This document shows positions 30,779-40,457 of a stretch of 64,000 nucleotides of DNA, in pieces. Position numbers and translations under genes: made by a program. The stretch lies in the NCBI GenBank assembly GCA_026394495.1, contig JAPKYE010000012.1, positions 83-64,082 of the forward strand. Direction: 5' to 3'. This DNA is from Methanobacteriota archaeon. GTDB taxonomy: Archaea; Thermoplasmatota; E2; DHVEG-1. Within the stretch, counting starts at the first letter, position 1. Every line of letters begins with the position of its first letter. The notes beneath the pieces are model-generated. The model saw only the letters and a program-made list of their open reading frames with translations. It was not told the origin of the DNA and made no database searches.

Positions 30779-32965
30779 ATGAAGCTGATTTTCAAAGGAG
30801 TTGTGCAAGGGGTAGGGTTTCGCCCGACAATTTATCGTGTCGCACAAGAACTTAAGTTGAAAGGTTACGTCCTTAACAATGGTTCTGAAGTGGAAGTTGT
30901 CATTGATAAAAACGAGGATATTTTCCTAAAAAAACTACGAACGCATCTGCCGTCAACCGCATTGATCACTGAAGTTTTACGGCAACCAGATAATCGAATA
31001 TTTCGTGATTTTCGCATTCTTCATAGTAAAGACGGAGAACGTCATTCTCGAATTCCTGTGGATGTCTGTACGTGTGATGATTGTCTCAAAGAAATATTTG
31101 ATACAAAAAATAAACGGTATCAGTATCCTTTCACCAATTGCACTGTATGCGGGGCAAGGTTCAGTTTGGTCACTGATGTCCCCTATGATCGAGAACGCAC
31201 CTCGATGAACGATTTTCCTCTTTGTAATTCTTGTAAAAAAGAATACAAAAACCCTTTAGATCGCAGATATCATGCACAAACCATCTCATGTCCCAACTGT
31301 GGTCCAACATATCGCTTGTATGACGACAAAAAAAATGATCTCGACTGTGAACATGCGATCAAACGATTCGCAAAACATCTTGACAGCGGATGCATCGGCG
31401 TCATGAAATCCTTAGGCGGCATGCATCTTTGCTGTACTCTTGAGCAGCTTTCTCGATTCCGTAAGTGGTATCATCAACCACAGAAAGCGTTTGCGATCAT
31501 GGTCAGAAATATAGAAACCGCAGAGAAATATGCAGATATCACAAAAAAAGAACGAGAATTTTTACTATCAAAACAGAGACCAATCGTCCTTGTACAAAAA
31601 AAAACCGCAGAGCTTGCGTCACCTGGATTAAACACTATAGGATTGTATCTTCCCTACACTGGTACGCATCATATTTTGTTTTCATATCTGAAGGCCGATG
31701 CACTGGTCATGACATCCGCGAACATCCCTGGAGAACCCATGATTATCCATAACGAAGATGCGTTTTCTCTTAATGCTGAGATTTATCTTTTACATAACCG
31801 CGATATCCCTAACCGCATTGATGATTCGGTTGTACGAATCTGGAATGATCACACATTTTTTTTAAGGAAATCACGAGGTTTTATCCCTGATCCACTCCCG
31901 GTATCCTATCAGTCTAGGGTACTTGCTGTGGGTGCAGAAGAAAACATCTGCGGAGCAGTCTCAAGTGAAAAACAGGTATACATGACTCAACATATCGGCA
32001 ATGGACGATACTATCATTCTCTAAAGTTTTTAGAACAAAGCCTGCGGCATCTCATGAAACTTACCATACATGACCATCATATCGACGCAGTTACAATGGA
32101 TCTACATCCAAACTATGAAACAAAAAGAATCGCAGAACTATTTGCAAAAGAGTTTTCAGTTCTTTGTACTGCGGTGCAGCATCATTGGGCGCATGCAGCA
32201 TCTCTTCTTGTGGATAACGCCGTTGATGAAAGTGTTGTTCTCACTCTTGATGGTCTTGGCTACGGAGCTGATGGCACATTCTGGGGCGGAGAAGTTCTTA
32301 CTGCGGATTTTCATGGTTTTGAACGCGTAGGACATCTTGAAAACATCTCCCTTCTTGGTGGTGATCAGGCAACAAAAGATCCAAGGCGACTGGTGTTCGC
32401 AATATTCAACACATTCAAGAAAGAAAAATATTTCAGTGGAGACGAAGCAGATGTTCTTAAGAAACTCATGAGTACATCACCGCAATCAAGCAGTTTTGGA
32501 CGTATTCTCGATGCGCTTTCGTGTTACCTTGATATATGTACGAAAAGAACCTATGATGGGGAGCCTGCGATGAAACTGGAGCGGTATCTTGCCTCAGGAA
32601 AACCAACGATCTCATTTGAAGCGAAAGTGAAACAGGGAATCGTACAGACAATTGATGTTTTCCAGCAACTTGATGAAATCGCAAAACCAAAATATTCGGA
32701 AAAACAAAAAGCAGATATTGCTTTTTCTTTTGTGAAAGCAATAATTGATTCACTTACTGATATCGCTGTTGAATGCGCACAGAAAAAAGGCATTGAAACG
32801 ATAGGTCTGACTGGAGGCGTCTCCTATAACATACCTATCGTGGATATGGTGGCGACACAGGTGAAAAAAACTAATTTATCGTTTCTTGTGCATCATCGTG
32901 TCCCAAATGGAGATGGAGGAATTGCCGTGGGACAAAATGCGATTGTTGGTCATTGTATTTCGTAA
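30779..32965 (+). CDS. hypF: Carbamoyltransferase HypF
   Basis: GVVQGVGFRP, Zn fingers CDDC/CTVC/CNSC/CPNC, RYHAQ, QHHWAHA, DGLGYG, GDGGIAVGQ. Confidence 0.96.
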   Translation: MKLIFKGVVQGVGFRPTIYRVAQELKLKGYVLNNGSEVEVVIDKNEDIFLKKLRTHLPSTALITEVLRQPDNRIFRDFRILHSKDGERHSRIPVDVCTCDDCLKEIFDTKNKRYQYPFTNCTVCGARFSLVTDVPYDRERTSMNDFPLCNSCKKEYKNPLDRRYHAQTISCPNCGPTYRLYDDKKNDLDCEHAIKRFAKHLDSGCIGVMKSLGGMHLCCTLEQLSRFRKWYHQPQKAFAIMVRNIETAEKYADITKKEREFLLSKQRPIVLVQKKTAELASPGLNTIGLYLPYTGTHHILFSYLKADALVMTSANIPGEPMIIHNEDAFSLNAEIYLLHNRDIPNRIDDSVVRIWNDHTFFLRKSRGFIPDPLPVSYQSRVLAVGAEENICGAVSSEKQVYMTQHIGNGRYYHSLKFLEQSLRHLMKLTIHDHHIDAVTMDLHPNYETKRIAELFAKEFSVLCTAVQHHWAHAASLLVDNAVDESVVLTLDGLGYGADGTFWGGEVLTADFHGFERVGHLENISLLGGDQATKDPRRLVFAIFNTFKKEKYFSGDEADVLKKLMSTSPQSSSFGRILDALSCYLDICTKRTYDGEPAMKLERYLASGKPTISFEAKVKQGIVQTIDVFQQLDEIAKPKYSEKQKADIAFSFVKAIIDSLTDIAVECAQKKGIETIGLTGGVSYNIPIVDMVATQVKKTNLSFLVHHRVPNGDGGIAVGQNAIVGHCIS

Positions 32966-33004
32966 GACACAAATTATATAATTCACTTAGAACCTTCTCA
33001 GCAA

Positions 33005-33550
33005 ATGATGAAGGAAATCGAAGTGAAAATACTAGATATCAACAGAAACAAATGTGAAAAAACATTAATTTCTCTTGGTGCAACGAAAATCTTTGATGGA
33101 GAAATAATCACCTTCTTTTACGATTATTCTGATTCTTCAATTCAGAAAGCAAAAAACCTGTTACGTTTGCGGAAAGCTGGAGCTAAATCGTTTCTCACGT
33201 TCAAACAATATGTAAAGGATTCTCATGCAAAAGTCCGTAAAGAATTCGATGTCGAGGTCTCTGATTTTGACACAACACATATGATTTTAAAAGGCCTTGG
33301 TTTAACTGCTACATTGTCTGTAAAAAAACATCGTAGTAGCTATATTCTCGATGATGTTCACTTTGAGTTTGATCGTCATCTTGATGAATACGCATATATC
33401 CCTGATTTTTTAGAAATCGAAGCAAAAAATCTCGAGTCACTGTATCAAGCAGCTTCGCTTTTTGGGTTCAATAAAGAAGAGTGCAGACCTTGGTCATTTT
33501 TTGATGTAGCCGCATATTATGAAAAAAGGAAAAATCTCCCAACACCGTAG
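33005..33550 (+). CDS. CYTH / triphosphate tunnel metalloenzyme (CyaB-like)
   Basis: EIEVK (ExExK), LRLRK, LTFK, KHRSSY, FLEIE. Confidence 0.88.
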   Translation: MMKEIEVKILDINRNKCEKTLISLGATKIFDGEIITFFYDYSDSSIQKAKNLLRLRKAGAKSFLTFKQYVKDSHAKVRKEFDVEVSDFDTTHMILKGLGLTATLSVKKHRSSYILDDVHFEFDRHLDEYAYIPDFLEIEAKNLESLYQAASLFGFNKEECRPWSFFDVAAYYEKRKNLPTP

Positions 33551-33635
33551 CATCATAGCATAAGATATCTATGGAGGAAACCTATATTAAGCGAGGAGAA
33601 AATACAACCCCTTATCGGGAGCGTGCATGTAACCG

Positions 33636-35801
33636 ATGAATAAAGATGCGGAAGCAACTTCTAGTAGGATTCTTGATAATAACAGCGAAACTCAATTAGC
33701 AATAGAAACAGTATCACTGGATAATCCAAAGCTCTTTATCAACCGTGAACTCAGCTGGCTTTGTATGCACGAGCGGATTCTGGAAGAGGCAAACGATAAA
33801 AATAATCCGCTGTTGGAGCGTGTGAAATTTCTTGCGATCTGCGGCAGCAACCTTGACGAATTCTTCATGGTTCGTGTCTCCGGGTTGAGGCGGCAACTGA
33901 AGAAAGGTGCGTTGAAACTGCCACCTGATGGGATGACGCCATTTGAGCAGCTCACCGCAATCAGAAAAGAAGTCCTCATTCTCTTAGAAAACCATACGTT
34001 ATGCTGGAGAGATCGTTTAATCCCTGAACTAAAAGATGCAGGACTTGAAATTCTTCGCATCAGCGATCTTGAGGCAAAAAAACAAACTGCGTTGAGGCAG
34101 TACTTCGAACACAATGTTTTTCCTACGTTGACTCCTCTTGCAATGGATCCTACGCATCCGTTTCCATTCATCTCAAACCTCAGCATCAACCTTGCAGTAA
34201 TTCTAAGAGACTCAGAAAAACATGAGAAATATGCGCGGGTAAAGATTCCCACAAAACTTTTTCATCGATTTATCTTGATCCCCTCTGAAACTGAGGCGAA
34301 AACAGAGCAATCAAAACGCCAAGAGTTCGTGTTTTTCGAGGATCTTATTGCAGCAAATCTTGATATGCTTTTTCCCGGGATGGAGATCGTTGGGGTGTAC
34401 CCGTTTCGGATAACAAGAGATGCAGAAATCGATATAGTCCTTGATCAGGCTGGTGATCTTCTTACTGCGATTGAGGAGAGCATTGAGACGAGACGTGTTG
34501 GTTCTCCAGTTCGTCTTGAGGTGTCACCTGATATGCCTGAGTATCTGAGAAATTTGTTTGTGAAAAACCTTGGGCTTACCGAGGATATGGTGTATCCGTT
34601 CGATGGGCCTTTGGCGTTCATTGATTTCTGGGAGCTTCTCAATATCGTTGATCGTCCTGATATGAAAGACACCCCGTTTCTCCCATTTACTCCTATGCAG
34701 CTTTCAGAGAAAACAGATATCTTCGCTGCGGTTTCACAGAAGGATTTTGTTCTGTATCATCCGTATGATAGCTTCAACGTCCTCGTAAATCTCTTGCATC
34801 AAGCAGCTCATGATCCTGATGTACTCTCAATTATGCTTACGATGTATCGGATTGATAAAAACTCACCAGTGATAGAATCATTAAAGCAGGCGAGACAAAA
34901 CGGCAAAGCAGTGACTGCTCTTATTGAGTTAAAAGCAAAGTTTGATGAGCAGAACAATATCCAATGGGCAAAAGAACTTGAACAAGAGGGGGTCCATGTC
35001 ATCTATGGTCTTGTTCATCTGAAGGTTCATGCAAAGCTTTGTCTGGTTGTACGAAGGGAAAAAGAGGGAATTGTGCGTTATTCGCATTTGAGTTCAGGAA
35101 ACTATAATGCGGTAACCGGGAGGATTTATGGGGATATTGGTTATCTCACTGCGAATAAAACGATAGGTGAAGATGTTTCTCATTTGTTCAATGCTCTTAC
35201 CGGGTACTCTGAGAAAGCGGAGTACAAAATGCTTTTGGTAGCACCCGCGAGATTACGACAAGAGATCATTGATCGTATCGACCGGGAAATCGAGTGTTTT
35301 AAGAAAACCGGTCAGGGGTATATCGCATGGAAACTCAATGGTTTGCTTGATAAAGAAGTGATTCAGGCGTTGTATCGTGCATCGATGGCAGGAATAAAAA
35401 TCGATTTGAATGTACGGGGTTTATGTTCTCTTCGCCCTGGAATCAAAGGAATAAGTGAAAACATTACGGTTACTTCGATTGTTGGTCGTTTTCTTGAGCA
35501 TGCACGGATTTATTATTTCTGGGACAAAGGAAACGAAGAAGTGCTTCTCGGCAGTTCAGATATGATGCCAAGAAACCTTGATCGTCGCGTGGAGGTGTTG
35601 TTTCCTGTTCCTGATCAAAAAGTAAAAAAAGCAATCATTGAGATTATGCTGAAAATCCATTTGAAGGATATGATGAAAGCACGACGTCTTCTGCCTGATG
35701 GAACCTATGAGAAGATCATGCCAAACGATGAAGAGAAGAGCCTGAATTCGCAGCTTTGGCTCATTAACAACCGGGGCATTTGGCATGGCATCGAAAAGTG
35801 A
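33636..35801 (+). CDS. ppk1: Polyphosphate kinase 1
   Basis: FINRELSWL, NLDEFFMVRV, HPFPFISN, YHPYDSF, ELKAKFDE, KVHAK, SSGNYN, GRFLEHARI, RNLDRRVE. Confidence 0.96.
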   Translation: MNKDAEATSSRILDNNSETQLAIETVSLDNPKLFINRELSWLCMHERILEEANDKNNPLLERVKFLAICGSNLDEFFMVRVSGLRRQLKKGALKLPPDGMTPFEQLTAIRKEVLILLENHTLCWRDRLIPELKDAGLEILRISDLEAKKQTALRQYFEHNVFPTLTPLAMDPTHPFPFISNLSINLAVILRDSEKHEKYARVKIPTKLFHRFILIPSETEAKTEQSKRQEFVFFEDLIAANLDMLFPGMEIVGVYPFRITRDAEIDIVLDQAGDLLTAIEESIETRRVGSPVRLEVSPDMPEYLRNLFVKNLGLTEDMVYPFDGPLAFIDFWELLNIVDRPDMKDTPFLPFTPMQLSEKTDIFAAVSQKDFVLYHPYDSFNVLVNLLHQAAHDPDVLSIMLTMYRIDKNSPVIESLKQARQNGKAVTALIELKAKFDEQNNIQWAKELEQEGVHVIYGLVHLKVHAKLCLVVRREKEGIVRYSHLSSGNYNAVTGRIYGDIGYLTANKTIGEDVSHLFNALTGYSEKAEYKMLLVAPARLRQEIIDRIDREIECFKKTGQGYIAWKLNGLLDKEVIQALYRASMAGIKIDLNVRGLCSLRPGIKGISENITVTSIVGRFLEHARIYYFWDKGNEEVLLGSSDMMPRNLDRRVEVLFPVPDQKVKKAIIEIMLKIHLKDMMKARRLLPDGTYEKIMPNDEEKSLNSQLWLINNRGIWHGIEK

Positions 35802-38127
35802 TGTAGTGTATCGAACTGAGCAGTCTGGTTTCTGTGTTTTCGGTTCGAATAGTCTATCAAAGTTTGTGTACACGTTGAAAAACCAGATTGAGGGTGCGAA
35901 ACGCGGGGATGATACTGAGTATGTGCATCAGTTGCGTGTCGCATCGCGCAGAATCCGCTCGACGATGTCGATTTTCAGACCGTGTTTTCCAAAGAAGAAT
36001 TATATGCATTGGGAATCTGAAGTAAGAAACGTAACTCGTTCCCTTGGCGTTGCAAGGGATACCGATGTGCAGATTTTTTTTGTAGAAAATTATCTGAAAA
36101 ACGTTCGCAGCCAAGCAACTAGATCCGGAATTGAATATCTTTTGGCAAAGCATCGGGAACGACGAATGGTGATGCAGCCTAGAGTTATTAGTACGCTTGA
36201 GCAGCTTTTGATTTCGCAGGCACTTGATCAGATGATCGCGCAGTGTAACACGGTTCTTAGTCAGTGTGCATCAGCTGAGACTGGTTCTCTTCGATCGGTA
36301 GGAGTATTGCGTGAGGCGCAGCGTCATATTTTGAAAAGACTTCGGAATTTTATTGATATGAAAGACTGTGTCCATAGGGAAGATGCATTTCTTTTGCATC
36401 ATGAAATGCGTATTGCAGCGAAGCATCTTCGGTATACGATGGAGATATTTTGCACTTTGTATGAGGATAATCTCAAACAATATGTGTCTGTGATGAAACA
36501 ATTTCAGGATGTTCTTGGGGAGATGCATGATTGCGATGTGTGGATTGAATTTATTCCTTCGTTTATCGAAACCATGAAAAAAGAAGAGATCACATCTGAA
36601 AAAAAAGACATTGATGTTGTTTCGATGGAAAAAGCGCTCCATGTATTTCTTGATCATGTGAAAAAACGAAGGCATTTGTTGTATAGCAATTTCGTATCGA
36701 TCTGGGATGCAAATATGAAACAAAAAACATTTGATCATCTCAGCGAACAAATTAGTATCATTATGCTTTCTGTTGCGGATTCAAATCAGAAGATCGCAAT
36801 AATTGCTGATCATCATGCGAATCTTCATGCATTGACGGCGGTAATAACCGATGCAAAGAAACATGGTGCCACCATGTTTTTGAATGCTGGGGATTTTGTT
36901 GGGTTTGGTGCATTTCCTAGCGAAGTTGTTTCTCTGCTTCACACTGAAGAGGTGTTAAGTGTTATCGGTAATTATGATCAAGATGTTCTTACGCTTATAA
37001 AAAAAGAAAAAAAGAAAACAAAAAACAAGGATGAAAAGTTTCTTTCTCTTGCCTACGCTAGTAAACATCTCTCAAAAACAGATGCTTCGTTTCTTCGTTC
37101 TCTGCCACAGGAGCTTCGGTTGAAGATTGATGACAAGCGTCTTCTTGTTACGCATGAAAGTCCTAAATCTATTGATGAACATCTTCGATTAAATACTCCG
37201 ATTGATCGCATGAGCGAAATTGCTAAAACCTCATCAGCAGATGTGATTATTGTTGGTCATTCCCATCAGCCATTTGTGAGAACGATCGATGGCGTCACGT
37301 TTGTTAACCCCGGGAGTGTCGGAAGACCCGATGATGGGAACCCATCGGCGTCATATGCATTGATGACAATAAATCCCTTCTCCGTTGAATTGCTGCGAGT
37401 CTCCTATGATGTTGATGCTGCAGTGGATGCGATACGAAAACATCATCTGCCTGAACGTTTTGCCCAGATGCTTCTGCATGGTGTCTCACTTGAGGCCATT
37501 GAGGAACTAGAGCATAAACGACTGCAAGAATCAGTAAAAAGTAAGACATCGCGGCTGAAACATGTTGAGCGTTTTGCAGAGAAGTTTGCTCGAGATCTCA
37601 CCCATCCCTATCACGTGAAAAAACTTGCGTTACATTTGTTCGATGCGCTAAAAGACCTCTGTTCTCTCAATGATGATGATCGATTTATGCTTGAATGTGC
37701 AGCGATCCTTCATGACATCGGCTGGTCTCAGGGGTGGAAAGGGCATCATAAAACCTCGTTGCGTTTTATTCTCAATGACACTGCTCTTCCGTTCACGATT
37801 CGAGAAAAATATATTGTGGGTAGCATTGCCCGGTATCACCGAAAAACGTTTCCACAGCAGGCACATTACCATTTCGCAGCACTGAACTTTGATGATCAGC
37901 GCAGAGTAGAGATCCTTTCTGCGATCATGCGGCTTGCAGATGCATTGGATGCTTCGCATCATTCCGTTGTGAAAACAGTTGCGGTTCATATTGAACACGA
38001 TGAGATAACGATCCGATGTGGTCCTGAAGGGAACACGGAGCTGGAGGAACACGCAATCGACAAGAAGAAAGCATTGTTTGAGGCGGTGTTCAAAAGGAGA
38101 CTTGTGGTACTATGGAACAGAAAATAG
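35785..38127 (+). CDS. CHAD + metallophosphoesterase + Ppx-type HD fusion protein
   Basis: CHAD: VHQLRVASRRIRS, HEMRIAAKHLRY, QDVLGEMHD. MPE: IADHHAN, GDFVG, GNYD, GHSH, NPGSVG. HD: AAILHDIG, ARYHRK, RLADALD. Confidence 0.9.
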   Translation: MASKSDVVYRTEQSGFCVFGSNSLSKFVYTLKNQIEGAKRGDDTEYVHQLRVASRRIRSTMSIFRPCFPKKNYMHWESEVRNVTRSLGVARDTDVQIFFVENYLKNVRSQATRSGIEYLLAKHRERRMVMQPRVISTLEQLLISQALDQMIAQCNTVLSQCASAETGSLRSVGVLREAQRHILKRLRNFIDMKDCVHREDAFLLHHEMRIAAKHLRYTMEIFCTLYEDNLKQYVSVMKQFQDVLGEMHDCDVWIEFIPSFIETMKKEEITSEKKDIDVVSMEKALHVFLDHVKKRRHLLYSNFVSIWDANMKQKTFDHLSEQISIIMLSVADSNQKIAIIADHHANLHALTAVITDAKKHGATMFLNAGDFVGFGAFPSEVVSLLHTEEVLSVIGNYDQDVLTLIKKEKKKTKNKDEKFLSLAYASKHLSKTDASFLRSLPQELRLKIDDKRLLVTHESPKSIDEHLRLNTPIDRMSEIAKTSSADVIIVGHSHQPFVRTIDGVTFVNPGSVGRPDDGNPSASYALMTINPFSVELLRVSYDVDAAVDAIRKHHLPERFAQMLLHGVSLEAIEELEHKRLQESVKSKTSRLKHVERFAEKFARDLTHPYHVKKLALHLFDALKDLCSLNDDDRFMLECAAILHDIGWSQGWKGHHKTSLRFILNDTALPFTIREKYIVGSIARYHRKTFPQQAHYHFAALNFDDQRRVEILSAIMRLADALDASHHSVVKTVAVHIEHDEITIRCGPEGNTELEEHAIDKKKALFEAVFKRRLVVLWNRK

Positions 38128-39707
38128 TTGCACCATCGGAGAACGTTGTCGGTTTTATCGACATCGGCACAAACTCCATTCGTCTGATGCTTGTTCAGCT
38201 CACCTCAAATAGTTCATATACAGTTCTTCGTGAGGAAAAAGAAGTGGTTCGTCTCGGTGAAAGTATTTTTAAAAAAGGTTTTTTTCAGCCGGAGACAATG
38301 ACTCGTGCATTGTTGGTGTGTAAAAAATTTGTTGAGGTATCTCGTGGTTTTGGCGCCAGAGAAATTATTGCGGTTGCAACTGCAGCTGCTCGAGAAGCTA
38401 AGAATCAGAAAGAGTTTCTTGAGCGGTTGCGGGAAGAGACCACTCTTGATGTTCGTGTTGTCTCTGGTGGGGAAGAAGCGCGTCTTATATATCTTGGTGT
38501 TTCCAGTGGTGTTCATGTTGATAAGAAGATCGCGGTCTTCGTTGACATCGGTGGTGGGAGCACGGAGATCATCATCGGTGATCAATTTCAGCATTATGAT
38601 ATTGAAAGTATGGGGCTTGGTGCGATTCGTCTGACGACGTTGTTTCTTTCTGGGCGTGGAAACGGTGTTGTTTCTCCTGAGACATATGAGAAAATGAAAC
38701 GGTATGTGAAAAACAAGTTGGTTCATGTGACAGAGCGGGTGAACCCTAAAAAGCTTGATGTTGCGTTTGGGAGTTCTGGTACGATCATCAATTTGGCTGA
38801 GATTGCAAGTAAAATGTTTGAGAGAACTGAGACAAAGCAGGACATGGTTCTTCGGTATAAGGATCTGCAGAAGGTGATAGCTAAACTGTGTTCTTTGTCT
38901 GTTGCGGAGCGTCGTTTGATTCCTGGGATTAACCCGGAGCGTGCTGATATCATCATTGGTGGTGCGGTGATTATTGAGACGATCATGGAGGATTTGGAAC
39001 TCAAAGAATTGTTTGTGAGTTATCGTGATATGCGGTATGGGATGCTTGTGGATTATCTTTCTCGGCATGCAGGGTATCCGCAACATAATGAGACATCGGT
39101 GCGAAAAAGTAGTGTGCTTCGTCTAGGTCATTCCTGTAACGTAAATGAACATCATGCGAACCGGGTTGTGTCTCTTTCTCTTCAGTTGTTTGATGGTTCA
39201 AAAGCGATAAAGCTTCATGATCTGGGAGACGATGAGCGGGAGTTGTTAGAGTACGCTGCGTTTCTTCATGATATCGGTGATTTTATTTCGTTTCGTGGTC
39301 ATCATCTCCATTCCTATTATATTATCAACAACGCTGAGCTTCTTGGTTTTGATCAGACTGAGATCGGAATTATCGCTAATGTAGCCAGGTTTCATCGAAA
39401 GAAACTTCCGCGCAAGAAGGAGCCTTCGCTAATTGAGCTTGATAAACATTCGATTAAAACCGTTGTGATTCTTTCGACGTTGCTGCGTATCGCTGAGAAA
39501 CTTGACCGCAGTCATACCGATCTTGTGCAGAAGATAGAGTTTGTTTTACATGGTGAAAACAAGGTTGAGCTTTTACTTGTATGTTCGAAACAGGATTGTG
39601 AGTTTGAGCGATGGGGCGTCGAAGAGGATTCTGATGCGTTTGAAAAGGTGTTTGAGAAACGATTGTTTGTTTCTGTGATAAAAAACGAGCCGCAGATCCT
39701 AGCGTAA
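38112..39707 (+). CDS. ppx: Exopolyphosphatase Ppx/GppA with HD domain
   Basis: IDIGTNSIRL, ATAAAREAKN, SGGEEARL, DIGGGSTE, GSSGT, RADIIIGG, LHDIG. Confidence 0.95.
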   Translation: MEQKIVAPSENVVGFIDIGTNSIRLMLVQLTSNSSYTVLREEKEVVRLGESIFKKGFFQPETMTRALLVCKKFVEVSRGFGAREIIAVATAAAREAKNQKEFLERLREETTLDVRVVSGGEEARLIYLGVSSGVHVDKKIAVFVDIGGGSTEIIIGDQFQHYDIESMGLGAIRLTTLFLSGRGNGVVSPETYEKMKRYVKNKLVHVTERVNPKKLDVAFGSSGTIINLAEIASKMFERTETKQDMVLRYKDLQKVIAKLCSLSVAERRLIPGINPERADIIIGGAVIIETIMEDLELKELFVSYRDMRYGMLVDYLSRHAGYPQHNETSVRKSSVLRLGHSCNVNEHHANRVVSLSLQLFDGSKAIKLHDLGDDERELLEYAAFLHDIGDFISFRGHHLHSYYIINNAELLGFDQTEIGIIANVARFHRKKLPRKKEPSLIELDKHSIKTVVILSTLLRIAEKLDRSHTDLVQKIEFVLHGENKVELLLVCSKQDCEFERWGVEEDSDAFEKVFEKRLFVSVIKNEPQILA

Positions 39708-39772
39708 ACCACCTGAGATAATTTTATAAGTAGGAAATACGATTGATAGTTTGAACTTGGATGGGATGTTAG

Positions 39773-40393
39773 ATGGGAAAAACCGTTAAGTTAACCTTAA
39801 CGCCAACGGAAAAAAAGTTTGTGAACAAGTTAAAAGGTCCAGATCATAAAAATGCTGATGTGTTGCGAAACGCACTCTGGTTTTATGTGGAACATGCTGA
39901 GGATTCTCCGATTCATTCCGGGATGGACTCTGAAAAAACATTTCCTGTAAAAGAAAAGAATAAAGAAGCAGAGTTGTCTTCAACGCAGAATCCGCTGTTT
40001 CAGGATTATCTTGCGCATTTGAAAGATGAGATTTTTTTTCTTCGAGAGGAAAACGTAAAAAGCCAGGAGCAGAACCGTAAGTTTCAGGATAATGTTGAGG
40101 ATGAAATCAAACGTTTGCATGATTCGCAGAATCAATTGATGAATCTTGTACAACCTGTGAAAACAGTTCCAAAATCAGATCCGGTGTCCTTGGTGGATAC
40201 GGCTGTTGTTGTCTCAGAGCCTGCGGTGGTTCAATCAGATTTTCTTGATGAGATCGATCGTGTGTTAAAAGAGAGAACGACGCAGGTTGAAATCACTGGT
40301 GTTTCCGGAAAAAATAGACGTACTGGGTCGCATGAGAACAAGTTTTTTTCTGGTTTGTATTTTCTGCGGCGAAAACACGATAAATCTTTGTAA
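39773..40393 (+). CDS. Hypothetical protein: RHH-like N-terminus plus coiled coil
   Basis: KTVKLTLT (beta strand) ... ADVLRNALWFY (helix), then heptad-rich YLAHLKDEIFFLREEN...EIKRLHD. Confidence 0.65.
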   Translation: MGKTVKLTLTPTEKKFVNKLKGPDHKNADVLRNALWFYVEHAEDSPIHSGMDSEKTFPVKEKNKEAELSSTQNPLFQDYLAHLKDEIFFLREENVKSQEQNRKFQDNVEDEIKRLHDSQNQLMNLVQPVKTVPKSDPVSLVDTAVVVSEPAVVQSDFLDEIDRVLKERTTQVEITGVSGKNRRTGSHENKFFSGLYFLRRKHDKSL

Positions 40394-40457
40394 GATGCAA
40401 CATTAATATGGTTCTGATTGTTTACTGAATTTCATTGGGCGGAGGATGTGAGGATTT

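Noticed and set aside
33005-33550. Firm call as class IV adenylate cyclase
   Set aside because: CYTH motifs do not distinguish cyclase from triphosphatase by eye; the polyP context favours a triphosphatase, so left at family level.
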